From positions 1 through 64,000 of the IMG/VR virus record IMGVR_UViG_3300034683_000192: 64,000 nucleotides of DNA. One strand, given 5' to 3'. The DNA is from a virus. The notes beneath the pieces were generated by a model that was not told the origin of the DNA, did no database searches, and worked only from the letters and a program-made list of their open reading frames with translations. How positions within the stretch are numbered: position 1 is the stretch's first letter; every line of letters begins with the position of its first letter. The position numbers and the translations under genes were made by a program. This document shows positions 27,978-37,890 of this stretch, one piece after another.

Positions 27978-28670
27978 ATGTCTTCTCCGCAAAAAAAGAT
28001 CAAGTACAAGAAGTCTCGCGAAAAGAAAGTCAAGGATCGCAAGCTCAATCGCATGAAGCGTGACCTCAAAAATATTCGAATCGTGGAAGAAAAGCTGGGT
28101 ATGGATCTTGATGGTTCGATTAAGCTCGTCGATGATCTCGCGAAGAGCTATGAATCTCTCAAGGCACACATGCTTGTTCTTGGTCGGAAGTGCATTCCCA
28201 ATTACGGGACTGTTCCTTCTACTGATGATCTGAAGAAACTCACCGATAATCAGCGCTTACTGGTCAATGAAGTGTATTCTACCATCAGGGTCAGTGAAGA
28301 ACTCGATCAGATTCTTCCCAAAATGAAGAATCTTCTGTCGATGGCCAATAAGGTCAAGAACAATCCGATGATGATGCAGCAGATTCTCAGTGGGAGCGTT
28401 GCAGAGAATCTGTACAGACTCAGCGATCTCATGATGGAATATGGCCACACCTTCGAGCGTATGGCGCAAATCGTGCGTGTTGAACTTTCGGAGATGGCTG
28501 CTTCTGGTGATGAAGATGCAAAGAGTATCCTTCTTCTTCGTGAGGAAATGGAAGCCAATCGCACCGTTACTCCTGAAGAACCAGCCGAGCATGAATTTGT
28601 CGAAGGTCTGCTTTCGTCCGAAGCTGCTGAAGTGATTCTTGCTGAGACAGGTAATGGCGAATCCGCCTAA
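27978..28670 (+). CDS. Hypothetical protein with basic N-terminus
   Basis: SD AAGGAG; Lys/Arg-rich first 30 aa. Confidence 0.75.
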   Translation: MSSPQKKIKYKKSREKKVKDRKLNRMKRDLKNIRIVEEKLGMDLDGSIKLVDDLAKSYESLKAHMLVLGRKCIPNYGTVPSTDDLKKLTDNQRLLVNEVYSTIRVSEELDQILPKMKNLLSMANKVKNNPMMMQQILSGSVAENLYRLSDLMMEYGHTFERMAQIVRVELSEMAASGDEDAKSILLLREEMEANRTVTPEEPAEHEFVEGLLSSEAAEVILAETGNGESA

Positions 28671-29616
28671 GAAAAAGTCACCAAAACCTGCAGACTTCGT
28701 CAAGACATTGAAGGTGTATTTCTCTTCGCTCACTGCACGTGGGGCGCAGTATTTGTATCTCAATGTCGCCGAAGATCCGAATACGATGGTTATCAGTAAC
28801 GGGGACTATGAACTTCTGACGTCATATGTTCCCGTTACTCTTTCCATTCACGCTGTGCGTTTTAAGGATTCTGAATTCTATCAGAAGTTCCTCGATTTCC
28901 TCGGGTTATCGACGAGCGATCCTTACGTAATTCGGATGCCGCAATTTCTGAAGGCTCTGCGGGAAAACGACTTCACTGATCTTAAAGTATCTTACGATAC
29001 ATCACGTAAGATGCGATTGGTTCTTAAAGATACAATTGTCCTTGCAGATAAAGAAAGCGATGACGACGATGACGACGAGGAAGAAGAGGAAGTCGTCGAT
29101 CTCGAAGAAAATCCATTTGCAGATACATCAAAAATAGAAGTTATCACATTCGATTCACTTGATGTATGTGGTCAGCCAATGAATGATCACCATGCGTTAG
29201 TGATTCTTGAGAATACAGTAGATCGTATCGTGAAACTCGGAGAGAATTTCGGTGATACTGAAATACCTCACGTAACGAAGATACTTGAACGAGACGAAGT
29301 GAACTACTTTACTTCGAACTATTTTCGAGTCCACATAAATTTGACTGAATTTAAGGATGGGGTAGGAAATCCCTACTATTCCGAAGAAATAGCAAAAGAT
29401 CTTTATGTGGTTCTAGTTGACGGTATGGATGTACCGTCGATGAAAGAATTCGCAAAGAGAAGGTCAGGTCAAATTTGTCTGCATTTGTGGGTCAAGGATG
29501 GAGGAACTATCCAACATATGGCGTCCTACCATGACGAAGAGCTCTCTATTTTCTCGATGCGTCCATTCACTGAAGTCTTGCCTATCCGTACAAAGACTTC
29601 AGAAGCAGGAGACTAA
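28654..29616 (+). CDS. Hypothetical protein with acidic tract
   Basis: Start refined to MANPPKK; DDDDDDEEEEE tract. Confidence 0.75.
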   Translation: MANPPKKKSPKPADFVKTLKVYFSSLTARGAQYLYLNVAEDPNTMVISNGDYELLTSYVPVTLSIHAVRFKDSEFYQKFLDFLGLSTSDPYVIRMPQFLKALRENDFTDLKVSYDTSRKMRLVLKDTIVLADKESDDDDDDEEEEEVVDLEENPFADTSKIEVITFDSLDVCGQPMNDHHALVILENTVDRIVKLGENFGDTEIPHVTKILERDEVNYFTSNYFRVHINLTEFKDGVGNPYYSEEIAKDLYVVLVDGMDVPSMKEFAKRRSGQICLHLWVKDGGTIQHMASYHDEELSIFSMRPFTEVLPIRTKTSEAGD

Positions 29617-29617
29617 C

Positions 29618-32074
29618 ATGTCAACGACTACCCTGCTAAATACAAGATCTACAGTAAAAATCGAAAGCGAACAAACTGTACGGCAACCTCTGCTTTCCGT
29701 AGAGATTGAAGAGATATCCCCGAAAGAGTTAAGACGTAGGCTCATGAATGTAGCAGTCGTAGAGACCGCTGCAGTTCCTATTGATGCTGAAGTCGTACTT
29801 ACGACAAAAGATACGCCACCAACAATTCCAGATTACTCCGTATTGTTCGAAGAACCAGCAAATCTTTCTGTTTCCATGGAGGAAAGTTCAATGCCTGTCG
29901 AAAATAACGACACCCCCATCGATCTGTCGCAGGATGTCGAAATTCAGCCTGTCGATCCTCTCGATATCAAATACGGTCTTGGGGATATCACATACACTCC
30001 CGAAGATGATCATGAATCTTCAGTTTCAAGTGATAAAGAACCGATCGATCCTGAACTGAAACCAGGTATGGAATCGACTGATCAAGTATCTGACATGGTA
30101 GAAACGAAAGTTTCGACATCTGAAGGTTCTGAACAGAAGTCTATTGTGGAACTCATGCGTGAGCGTGGATTCACGGTAGATGAGGTAGTTCCTCCCCTCA
30201 CCCCAGAAGAGACCGCATTCGTCAATGAAGGAGCCACTACTCTGGTAACTGATATGGCGGAAAATCTTGGACTTGTTCCATCAGAGAAGCCTCGCGAACC
30301 TGGTACGGATGTTTACAAGATTCTCAGTGAACGAAATCCTGAAGATACTCCGAGTACGCCTACTCCGGCACAAGTGGAATACGTCGATGACGTTTTGGAA
30401 CATGGTGCACAACTCGAAGCGACTGCGTACACCGACACCGATTCTGCAGAGGAACTCTTCGCAGAAGTTCTGCGTGATACGGAACAAGAAGAAACTTCGT
30501 CTTCGGTGGTACTCGAAGAAATAGATGACATCATGTCGGAAGTTCCATCTTCTACTCCAGTGTCCACGGATGTCGTCATGGCAGTATCTGAACAAGATCA
30601 GTCTGTATCTTCCGAGAGTACCGAAGATTCGGTAAATACTGAAAGCATCGAGACCATCGATCTCGAAAATGCTACACTCGACGAAGTGCGTGAACTGTAC
30701 GAAAAAGAAGCTGACGCAGTGATTCCTACCTGGGGTACTGTTTCCACCAGAGAAGACTATGCAACAATTCCTCTGCATACGTCTCTTGTCGATTCTCAGC
30801 TTCGGGCGATTGCACCTGACTCGGATCTTGATTCCGAGCATCGTGCGCAAATCAAGAAAGATGCACTCGACAATCCCAATTCTTTCGCACACACTCTTCT
30901 TCGTGGGACGACTCACTATTCGAAAAATAATTCGACTGATGAGGCTATCGAAGCTTTCGAAGGACTCAGTCCGAAAATTGGCCCGGCAATCAAAATCGGG
31001 GATAAGCGATACTTCGACGAAGTCACCGACGAGAAAGCATTCAAACAGACTGAAGCATCCAAGAACGTTTCTGGTAAAGCTGCACTGCATCTTGCCATGG
31101 CGCTCGTCAGTGGTATTCGCAAGACCCGTCTCTACAACAGCGGGATCAGTGTGACTTTCCGTCCTCCGAAGAAGTCTGAACTCTACGAATACGTGATGAA
31201 GAGTAGAACCAATCAGGCCGAATTCGGTCGAATTTTTGGTGAGCTCAGCTATCTGCCGTCCAACGTCGAAGTTGTACAAGCTGCTATGGACCTTATCCAG
31301 CAGTGCGCAGTGAGCTCGAATCTGAAGGATTGGAATGTACCTGGTACTCTGGCAAAGCATATTTCCTATCTCGATCTTCCGACATGTCTCTGGAGTCTGC
31401 TGACTCTCATGTATCCTGCAGGTATTCCTGCTACCATGCTCTGCAACAAAGAAAATTGCGGACATGCCGATGAGACCATGGTAGATCCTGCGAAACTGCG
31501 GTGCAACGACTACAGTCGTATTTCTGCCGAAGGTGTGAAGTATACTTGCTCCAAGGAAGTTCGCACTCCGGAAGATCTTGAGCATTACCATAAGGAAATC
31601 CTCAAGGACTGCGAAAATCTGACGCTCGGTGCTGGATTCTTCGTCGATGTGCATGTGCCTTCTATCGCAAGATACATCGAAGTCGGTCTGGCTTACGTGG
31701 CAGATCTTGCTGCGGTCATGTCGATGAAAGACCTTCTCGACGTCAATCGAATGGTCAAGAACAAGTACTATCGTATCTTCGTTCCGTTCATCGAGAAAGT
31801 ATCTTACAAACACGAGTCGTCAGGTAAGTGGGTGAATTTCGTTGACCCCACAATCATTCCTGACGTCCTCGATACGCTCGAACTCAAGGATGATGGAGTT
31901 GGTCTTCGTAAGACCATGCACAAGTACATTCTCGAGAAGAAGATCTCGCATTTCGGTTACAGTTACTCAGCTTGTCCGAAGTGTGGGGTTACTCCTGAAG
32001 TGTCGGTCAATGGGATCATTCCGATCGACATGCTTCTCAGTTTTTTTACCCATTCGATGGTGTACATCGCCTAG
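29618..32074 (+). CDS. Jumbo-phage protein with acidic disordered N-terminal half and C-terminal Zn-binding domain (T4 gp26/gp51-like baseplate assembly candidate)
   Basis: SD AGGAG; CNKENCGH and CPKCG motifs in the C-terminal half. Function is inference. Confidence 0.55.
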   Translation: MSTTTLLNTRSTVKIESEQTVRQPLLSVEIEEISPKELRRRLMNVAVVETAAVPIDAEVVLTTKDTPPTIPDYSVLFEEPANLSVSMEESSMPVENNDTPIDLSQDVEIQPVDPLDIKYGLGDITYTPEDDHESSVSSDKEPIDPELKPGMESTDQVSDMVETKVSTSEGSEQKSIVELMRERGFTVDEVVPPLTPEETAFVNEGATTLVTDMAENLGLVPSEKPREPGTDVYKILSERNPEDTPSTPTPAQVEYVDDVLEHGAQLEATAYTDTDSAEELFAEVLRDTEQEETSSSVVLEEIDDIMSEVPSSTPVSTDVVMAVSEQDQSVSSESTEDSVNTESIETIDLENATLDEVRELYEKEADAVIPTWGTVSTREDYATIPLHTSLVDSQLRAIAPDSDLDSEHRAQIKKDALDNPNSFAHTLLRGTTHYSKNNSTDEAIEAFEGLSPKIGPAIKIGDKRYFDEVTDEKAFKQTEASKNVSGKAALHLAMALVSGIRKTRLYNSGISVTFRPPKKSELYEYVMKSRTNQAEFGRIFGELSYLPSNVEVVQAAMDLIQQCAVSSNLKDWNVPGTLAKHISYLDLPTCLWSLLTLMYPAGIPATMLCNKENCGHADETMVDPAKLRCNDYSRISAEGVKYTCSKEVRTPEDLEHYHKEILKDCENLTLGAGFFVDVHVPSIARYIEVGLAYVADLAAVMSMKDLLDVNRMVKNKYYRIFVPFIEKVSYKHESSGKWVNFVDPTIIPDVLDTLELKDDGVGLRKTMHKYILEKKISHFGYSYSACPKCGVTPEVSVNGIIPIDMLLSFFTHSMVYIA

Positions 32075-32175
32075 CACCGTCGGGAAAAGATATCTGGTCG
32101 AGTTTTACGGATCCGTCGGATGATTGCATTGCAGAATACTGTAATAGCTACAACGATTGGATTCGTTCATTAGCC

Positions 32176-32526
32176 GTGGCTAGTGATTCTAGAGTCAAGG
32201 AATTCTCGACCAGAATCTTCAATGAGTCGTATCTCCAAACTCGGTACAAAACTTTGTATGTTCCTGACATCAAAAAACCTACAGGGTTTTTGTTCTCAGG
32301 TACGGACAGTCAGTCCGTGGAAAAGAAAACATACATCGACGAGGTTCTGGACTTCATGCTTACGTCCAATGTTCATGAGTCTCTCGGAATCACTTTCCTT
32401 GAACTCATGAACATGGATGTGGGTATTTACGACAAGATCAAGAAGGCGATAATCGATCATCGACCAAAAGAGAGCGATCAAGCTCTTCAGCTCAAAAAAG
32501 AACTGGAGAAAGGATTTAAGAAATGA
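32176..32526 (+). CDS. Small hypothetical protein, possible assembly-chaperone partner
   Basis: NVHESLGITFLELMNMD motif; coupled to the chaperonin gene by an ATGA overlap. Confidence 0.65.
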   Translation: MASDSRVKEFSTRIFNESYLQTRYKTLYVPDIKKPTGFLFSGTDSQSVEKKTYIDEVLDFMLTSNVHESLGITFLELMNMDVGIYDKIKKAIIDHRPKESDQALQLKKELEKGFKK

Positions 32527-34469
32527 GTCAGGAACGTATCAATCTGCGAGCTCATCACGACGTCACGAACCTCGCGAAAACTGCAGAACTCGACAAGGTC
32601 ATGACGGAGACCTTGTACATGTTCATCGATCAGCTCAAACTCATCTGCGGTCCCTTCTCGAGGAATGCTCTGGTTCTTCAGCAGGAACATGGGATTCCCT
32701 CGAACCAGCTGAGTACTGCGAATGACAACAGGTACTTCATGCGTGATGGTGCGCACATCATCAGTGCGACTGAATGTGTGAGTCCTGTACAGCAATACCT
32801 CAAGTCGCTCATCCACTATGTGGGTACTCGAGTTGACAAGTCGTGCAAAGACGGAACGACTACGTCAATGATTGCGACATGCTCCGCAATCATTCAGGCG
32901 ATTGCTCTGAAAAAAGCACTTCGTTCCACTCCGCTGTTCAAGATCGAAAAAGCGACTGCGGAAGTCTGCGATGAACTCGCCGAAAGAATGAAGAAACACG
33001 TCATCACTGTCGAAGACGTCATGTCGAGTACCGGGTGCTCTCACAAACAAGCTCTCGGTGCACTGACTTTCATTCACGTGTACACTGCGACTGGTGGTGA
33101 CGTCGATGTTGCTACTGCAGTATCGGAATATTTCTCCACTCTTCCTGCCGCAGTGTGGGGAGAATCCATCCCGTGGAGATCATCGACAGTAGAGACCAAT
33201 GAATTTCGGTGCAAACCAGTTCGTCTGGAATACGAACTTGAAATCGATGCAATGAACATCACGATACAGCACAACAATCACGATTACCGTAAGTTCTACA
33301 AATCGGACAATGCGGACGTGCTCGTGATGTATCAAGGTCTCAATGATGCATCGATCGCAACTGAAGATCTTTTCCAGTATATCACCAGTCGGGTTGATTC
33401 TGGAAATCTGACTCCGCTCATCATCATGGTTCCTGCACTTGACAACCACTATTCGTCAGGGTGCATTGAACGACTCAACGCAATCTCCGAACAATACAAG
33501 ACGCAAATTCTCGTCGTGACGTACTCGGTACTGAACAACCGATTCAATTCTCCGTGGGCTGCTCTTGCAATCACTGGGAAAGCGAACGTTCCGCTCTACG
33601 ACGAGAAAGAAGACATCGAAAAATGTGTCATCAAGGGCGTAGAAGTACTCATATCCTACAAATACATCAAGTTCAACAACTTGGTACCGAAGGATGATCG
33701 TGTACCTGATGAGGATCTCACGCATCCAGGTATTTTGTATCCTGACGATTATCCTCATTTCACCGATACGTACAATCGTATTTTGCGTGAACGAGAACTC
33801 GTGAAAGATGCACACCGAGAAGTAGTGGAAGAACGTGAAGAAGTCGAGAAGGCTTTTGCGAATCTTTCTGCGAAACGCGGCATGGCTCTCTACCTTGGTG
33901 GACGTACGCACGATCAGAAAGCTCTTCTGGCAGTAATTGAAGATGCTGCTGGATCAGCTCAAGCTGTAGCCACAAGTGGTGTGATCACTAACGCAATTTC
34001 TCGTGTGGTTAGGGAATGCAGAATCGCAAGAACTGACCCGTCCACGAAACATAAGTCAGAGTTGCATCTACTCATCTGGGAACTCCTTGAACGTACATTC
34101 GCGATGGTGGAAGGCACTCTCGTCGGAACGATGTCCGTACAAGAACACCACGATGAGTGGAAAACGTATAATGAGCTGATGGACTCGGCATATTCGGACA
34201 AATTCACGTATGTCGACCTGGTCAATCTTATGAACCAGGGATCCATGGAACTTCGGTCGTCTGTCGGCGCATTTTCTGGGATCATTGATCCGAGAAAAGA
34301 AATTCGGGAACAGGTTCTTTCCGAATGGGAAACTCAAGGATATCCTCCCACTCAAGCAGCCAGAATGACGAGTGAACTTCTTGGTCGTATCTCTGAAGTC
34401 GCCATGCGTGCAGGGATGGTCGAGATGTTTATCGTACCTGGTGGTGCGTGGGTGTCTGACAAGGAGTAA
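32523..34469 (+). CDS. groEL: Divergent phage chaperonin (GroEL-like)
   Basis: ICGPFSRNALV, RDGAHII, KDGTTTS (GDGTTT ATP motif) and LYLGG...IEDAAGSAQAVATSGVI. Confidence 0.8.
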   Translation: MSQERINLRAHHDVTNLAKTAELDKVMTETLYMFIDQLKLICGPFSRNALVLQQEHGIPSNQLSTANDNRYFMRDGAHIISATECVSPVQQYLKSLIHYVGTRVDKSCKDGTTTSMIATCSAIIQAIALKKALRSTPLFKIEKATAEVCDELAERMKKHVITVEDVMSSTGCSHKQALGALTFIHVYTATGGDVDVATAVSEYFSTLPAAVWGESIPWRSSTVETNEFRCKPVRLEYELEIDAMNITIQHNNHDYRKFYKSDNADVLVMYQGLNDASIATEDLFQYITSRVDSGNLTPLIIMVPALDNHYSSGCIERLNAISEQYKTQILVVTYSVLNNRFNSPWAALAITGKANVPLYDEKEDIEKCVIKGVEVLISYKYIKFNNLVPKDDRVPDEDLTHPGILYPDDYPHFTDTYNRILRERELVKDAHREVVEEREEVEKAFANLSAKRGMALYLGGRTHDQKALLAVIEDAAGSAQAVATSGVITNAISRVVRECRIARTDPSTKHKSELHLLIWELLERTFAMVEGTLVGTMSVQEHHDEWKTYNELMDSAYSDKFTYVDLVNLMNQGSMELRSSVGAFSGIIDPRKEIREQVLSEWETQGYPPTQAARMTSELLGRISEVAMRAGMVEMFIVPGGAWVSDKE

Positions 34470-34471
34470 CA

Positions 34472-34873
34472 ATGATCGTCAGTGTCGATGACATCAAGGT
34501 AGGCGACACGATATCCTACCAGACAAAGAACCCGCACGATGCTGTAACTTACCAAGGTAAAGTGACTGGTATCTGCGCATGGGGAGTAGTACAGAATTTG
34601 CAGGGAGACCTCATTCCGTACTATCAATCCATCAAGAACGAGTACAGAGATATGGCTCCGATCGAGGAGCTTGAGTTCTTCGTACTCAGTGTCTTTCAAA
34701 ATAACCGAACTTCTACCAGAGTGGTAGCGAAGGAATGGATAATTCCCTCGAGTCTCATCAAGCTCGAGCTCGCGAATTATCTCGATTTCCGGATCTACGA
34801 TCGTACATCCGATGAAGCTCAGGAGATTCTCAATCTTCTGAAGTCTCACGGATACCAAACAGTCAAACTCTAG
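34472..34873 (+). CDS. Hypothetical protein, SH3-like N-terminus
   Basis: IKVGDTISY...GKVTGI...KEWI pattern; SD AAGGAG. Confidence 0.7.
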   Translation: MIVSVDDIKVGDTISYQTKNPHDAVTYQGKVTGICAWGVVQNLQGDLIPYYQSIKNEYRDMAPIEELEFFVLSVFQNNRTSTRVVAKEWIIPSSLIKLELANYLDFRIYDRTSDEAQEILNLLKSHGYQTVKL

Positions 34874-34910
34874 AGAAGGATAAAAAAATGAACACCATGA
34901 AGAGGTAGCC

Positions 34911-34944
34911 ACGAGGAGGATCCCTTTGCGGGGATCCTCCTCGT
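34911..34944. terminator. 14-bp stem-loop between convergent genes
   Basis: ACGAGGAGGATCCC-tttgcg-GGGATCCTCCTCGT. Confidence 0.7.
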
Positions 34945-34953
34945 ATTTCGTCA

Positions 34954-35178
34954 CTATTTTTGGAATTTGGTGTCTTGATTTTTGACGATTTTGCACGCAA
35001 GGTCGAGCTCTATGTCCATCGACTCCTTCAGTGCTATGAGCCTTTCCGTAATCTGCGAGAATTGTGTGGTATCCGGAGTCGGCGACTGAGAAATTTTTTC
35101 AGCGAGATGTACAAGCTGACCGAATTCGTCCAATCGCCGACGAACATTCTGTACATTGTGCACGAGTCCAGCTATCAT
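34954..35178 (-). CDS. Small helical hypothetical protein
   Basis: 74 aa, SD AGGAGG, coiled-coil-like. Confidence 0.6.
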   Translation of the reverse strand: MIAGLVHNVQNVRRRLDEFGQLVHLAEKISQSPTPDTTQFSQITERLIALKESMDIELDLACKIVKNQDTKFQK

Positions 35179-35188
35179 TCAGATCCTC

Positions 35189-35599
35189 CTATTTTTGGTA
35201 GGTATCCTCGGGCCGTTTGGCGTTCACCGGGCGACGTATCGTTTCATCGTAGTCTTCGCTGTATGCCTTCGGCGAAAACTCGTAGATCATGCCGAACCGA
35301 TTTACCTTATCGTCGGCAGCCAGAACCTCGTGGTTGTCACAGCCGTAGCCCATGAGGCCACCTTTGCTGTTCCCTACGAAATGCGCGAACGGACACGGAT
35401 GTTTGACATCCTTCCATTGCTCATGATCCTGACGCTCGACGAAATGGAAACACCACCCACCTTCAGTCTCTCCCCTGTGATGGTCGGGGGTGTATTTGTG
35501 TTTGCATATATCCGGAATTTGAACTGCTCCTTTTTCGGACGAAAACTGCGAAAGTCTACGACTATGCCTGATCAATAGCCTCTTGAAGAATGATGTCAA
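35189..35599 (-). CDS. Small Cys/His-containing hypothetical protein; start uncertain (possibly ATT at 35518)
   Basis: C-K-H, W-C-F-H, C-P-F and G-C-D residues. Confidence 0.55.
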   Translation of the reverse strand: MTSFFKRLLIRHSRRLSQFSSEKGAVQIPDICKHKYTPDHHRGETEGGWCFHFVERQDHEQWKDVKHPCPFAHFVGNSKGGLMGYGCDNHEVLAADDKVNRFGMIYEFSPKAYSEDYDETIRRPVNAKRPEDTYQK

Positions 35600-35867
35600 G
35601 TCGAATCACTCCGGTAAAAGATGGATCATTGGTCGCGATCTGATGGAGCTTGTAGTAGTAATGGTCCCGCAACTTCTCGAATGCCTCAGCAGGGTACCAG
35701 TTTCGTACCGGTTCACCGACCTTCATGATCGCGATGATTTCGTGGGACTCTTCGTCGAACTCCATTCGGCTGAATTCAACCGATTCGATTGCGAAGGTTT
35801 TCGCGATGTCGATCGCGTGAAGATCCACAACCTCATCACACCTGGGAATTATGACAAAGTAACTCAT
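35562..35867 (-). CDS. Hypothetical protein
   Basis: 101 aa, SD AAGGA. Confidence 0.65.
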   Translation of the reverse strand: MSYFVIIPRCDEVVDLHAIDIAKTFAIESVEFSRMEFDEESHEIIAIMKVGEPVRNWYPAEAFEKLRDHYYYKLHQIATNDPSFTGVIRLDIILQEAIDQA

Positions 35868-35881
35868 CGGGTATTCCTTTT

Positions 35882-35911
35882 GAGGAGAGGATCCAATTGG
35901 ATCCTCTCCTC
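35882..35911. terminator. 30-bp perfect palindrome
   Basis: GAGGAGAGGATCC-aatt-GGATCCTCTCCTC. Confidence 0.7.
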
Positions 35912-35921
35912 GGTAGTGGTG

Positions 35922-36884
35922 TTAGAACGTGATGTGCTTGCCGCAGTTCTTGCATTCGCCGGCAGTACGATCGATATCGTCATCGTACAGTTCGCCGGTC
36001 AGCCCCCAGTTCCCGTCACCGAGAGGTTCGACGGAAACCGGGTTCTTGGTCAGGAAGACCACGTTGATTGACTTGCAGTTGGGGCAGCAGACATCATGCG
36101 TATCCGAATCCGGATCAGGATCCGGAAGATTAGAGATGTCGTGGACGGTCAATCCATCGAACATGGTGGATGCTGCCGCGTATTCCTGGTCGGAGGGTTC
36201 TTCGCCATCTTCTTCGAGCTTCTGCTTCAGCAGGTCGCCGAGATTGAAGCCAGCAGGAACATCCGCAGACTTTTCTTGCGGTTCTTCCTGCTGGGTTTTC
36301 TTGCGGTCGACTTCTTCTTGCATTCGCTGGACGAGGTGTTCCGCCGTGGTTTCGGTATTGTTGAATTGCTCAGGGTACGCTTGTTCGAAAGCTTTGAAGA
36401 TTTCCCCGAGACTCCGGATCTCCCCGCGTCTGGCGTTTCTTCCCAGCTCTTCGCGGGAAATGGTTTCGCCGTTGGCCATGCGAAACCGATCATTCAGCGT
36501 GAACCCGGGAGATATCAGGGATTCGAGACCACTGAGTTTCGACGAAATGTCGCGCAGAGGCTGCGCGATGAAGTCGTCGCCGTAGCGCTTGATCAGCGCT
36601 TCGAAATTGACCACCACTTCGTCGACCGTGCGGAGCAGTTCCGCGAGAACATGCTCGACAATGAAGCCGCGTTTGTCACGGCTCTTGTCATTGTTGGCGT
36701 GATCTTCGAGTGCGTCGCTGATCTTGTCGATCAACGTGGTGATGTTGACGATCAGCGTGTTGTGGTTCGCTGCCGCCGCGACGACGTGCCGCAGATCTTC
36801 ATGCATCTTACCGGTTTCCACCCGAAGCTGTTCGTTTTCACGTTCCAGCCGGTCGAGCCGGTTTTGGAGGATTTCCATATCCAT
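35922..36884 (-). CDS. Coiled-coil protein with C-terminal Zn ribbon
   Basis: N-terminal heptads; CCPNCKS...ECKNCG; GC3-rich codons. Confidence 0.75.
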   Translation of the reverse strand: MDMEILQNRLDRLERENEQLRVETGKMHEDLRHVVAAAANHNTLIVNITTLIDKISDALEDHANNDKSRDKRGFIVEHVLAELLRTVDEVVVNFEALIKRYGDDFIAQPLRDISSKLSGLESLISPGFTLNDRFRMANGETISREELGRNARRGEIRSLGEIFKAFEQAYPEQFNNTETTAEHLVQRMQEEVDRKKTQQEEPQEKSADVPAGFNLGDLLKQKLEEDGEEPSDQEYAAASTMFDGLTVHDISNLPDPDPDSDTHDVCCPNCKSINVVFLTKNPVSVEPLGDGNWGLTGELYDDDIDRTAGECKNCGKHITF

Positions 36885-36897
36885 TTGAAGTTCCCCT

Positions 36898-37356
36898 TCA
36901 GTTTTGGTATTTGGTCATGGTGGGATTTTCGACGAACCAGATCCTGGAGCCATCATCATCGGAGTACAGAGCAACTCTGACGACGTAGGATTCCCTGATG
37001 AACTGCACGATGGCTTCCGCTTCACGGTCAGATGGGAGCTCACACACCATTTCAGTGTGCGGCTTTCCTTCAAACGGATATTCGGTCAGCGGGAATGCCA
37101 TTTCCTTACCACTACCTACAGTAATGACGACGGTATGCGTCTCAGCAGGTGCATGGTAGGGACGTTTCACGTACAGATGAAGAAGGGAGAATTGCGATCC
37201 ATCCTCCCTCGTCTGCACATGGATGTCAAGTTCGGCGTCCCCGCCGTGTTTGCTTGACAGCTGAAGTTTGTAGCCTTCCGCAGAAGGTTCCTGCGCCATG
37301 CAGGGAATACCAAGTGCCACCACCATAAGACTGGTCAGAATGAAGCGGATGAACAT
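36898..37356 (-). CDS. Secreted/periplasmic hypothetical protein
   Basis: Signal-peptide-like MFIRFILTSLMVVALGIPCMA-QEP. Confidence 0.65.
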   Translation of the reverse strand: MFIRFILTSLMVVALGIPCMAQEPSAEGYKLQLSSKHGGDAELDIHVQTREDGSQFSLLHLYVKRPYHAPAETHTVVITVGSGKEMAFPLTEYPFEGKPHTEMVCELPSDREAEAIVQFIRESYVVRVALYSDDDGSRIWFVENPTMTKYQN

Positions 37357-37453
37357 GATGAATTCCTCTTGTAGATGGGGCTGACGGCGTAGGGTATCCA
37401 CCCTAGAAGAAAATGATGATCCAGCCGTGCATAACGCGCCTCCGCACGTTTAC

Positions 37454-37804
37454 CTAATCTTCTCGAAGTAGATTCCTGAATCTTTCCTCGAAAAGCTTAG
37501 AAGGAATGAAGAACACGACCCACCCATCTTTGTAGGGATCGTTCGTCGTGTAGAAGATATACTTCTTCCCATCGGGGAAGTTGTACGAAACCTCGGCAGG
37601 AAGAGATACATCTTTGAGATGCACTCTCACTACTTGATCCATCTCAACCCATCCGACATTACCAGATTCCGACATGTAGACTAGCGGAATGGATTGGTGG
37701 TAGCGTGATGGATCTTCATCCGCAGCCACTAGGTCAGGATTGAGATGGAAATGAATCATGATGGCGATGAGGAAGATCAGGAGATCCTTAAAACACTTAA
37801 TCAT
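37454..37804 (-). CDS. Hypothetical protein with N-terminal signal or transmembrane segment
   Basis: MIKCFKDLLIFLIAIMIHFHL...; early promoter directly upstream. Confidence 0.65.
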   Translation of the reverse strand: MIKCFKDLLIFLIAIMIHFHLNPDLVAADEDPSRYHQSIPLVYMSESGNVGWVEMDQVVRVHLKDVSLPAEVSYNFPDGKKYIFYTTNDPYKDGWVVFFIPSKLFEERFRNLLRED

Positions 37805-37820
37805 TTTGGTTCCTCGATTT

Positions 37821-37828
37821 GTAATATA
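37821..37828 (-). promoter_or_regulatory. Early promoter motif TATATTAC
   Basis: Exact motif 16 nt upstream of the 37804 start, below the hairpin at 37859-37887. Confidence 0.65.
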
Positions 37829-37890
37829 TGGTTAATGAATTTATGATCGACATTTTTTGAAGAGGCGTCCCTTTCGGGAGCCTCTTCGCA

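Noticed and set aside
30281-31813. 510-aa antisense ORF (similarly 53592-54455, 36096-36980, 5434-6102, 51703-52512)
   Set aside because: Each is a shadow of a better-supported gene on the opposite strand and is explained by codon bias; no SD or motifs.
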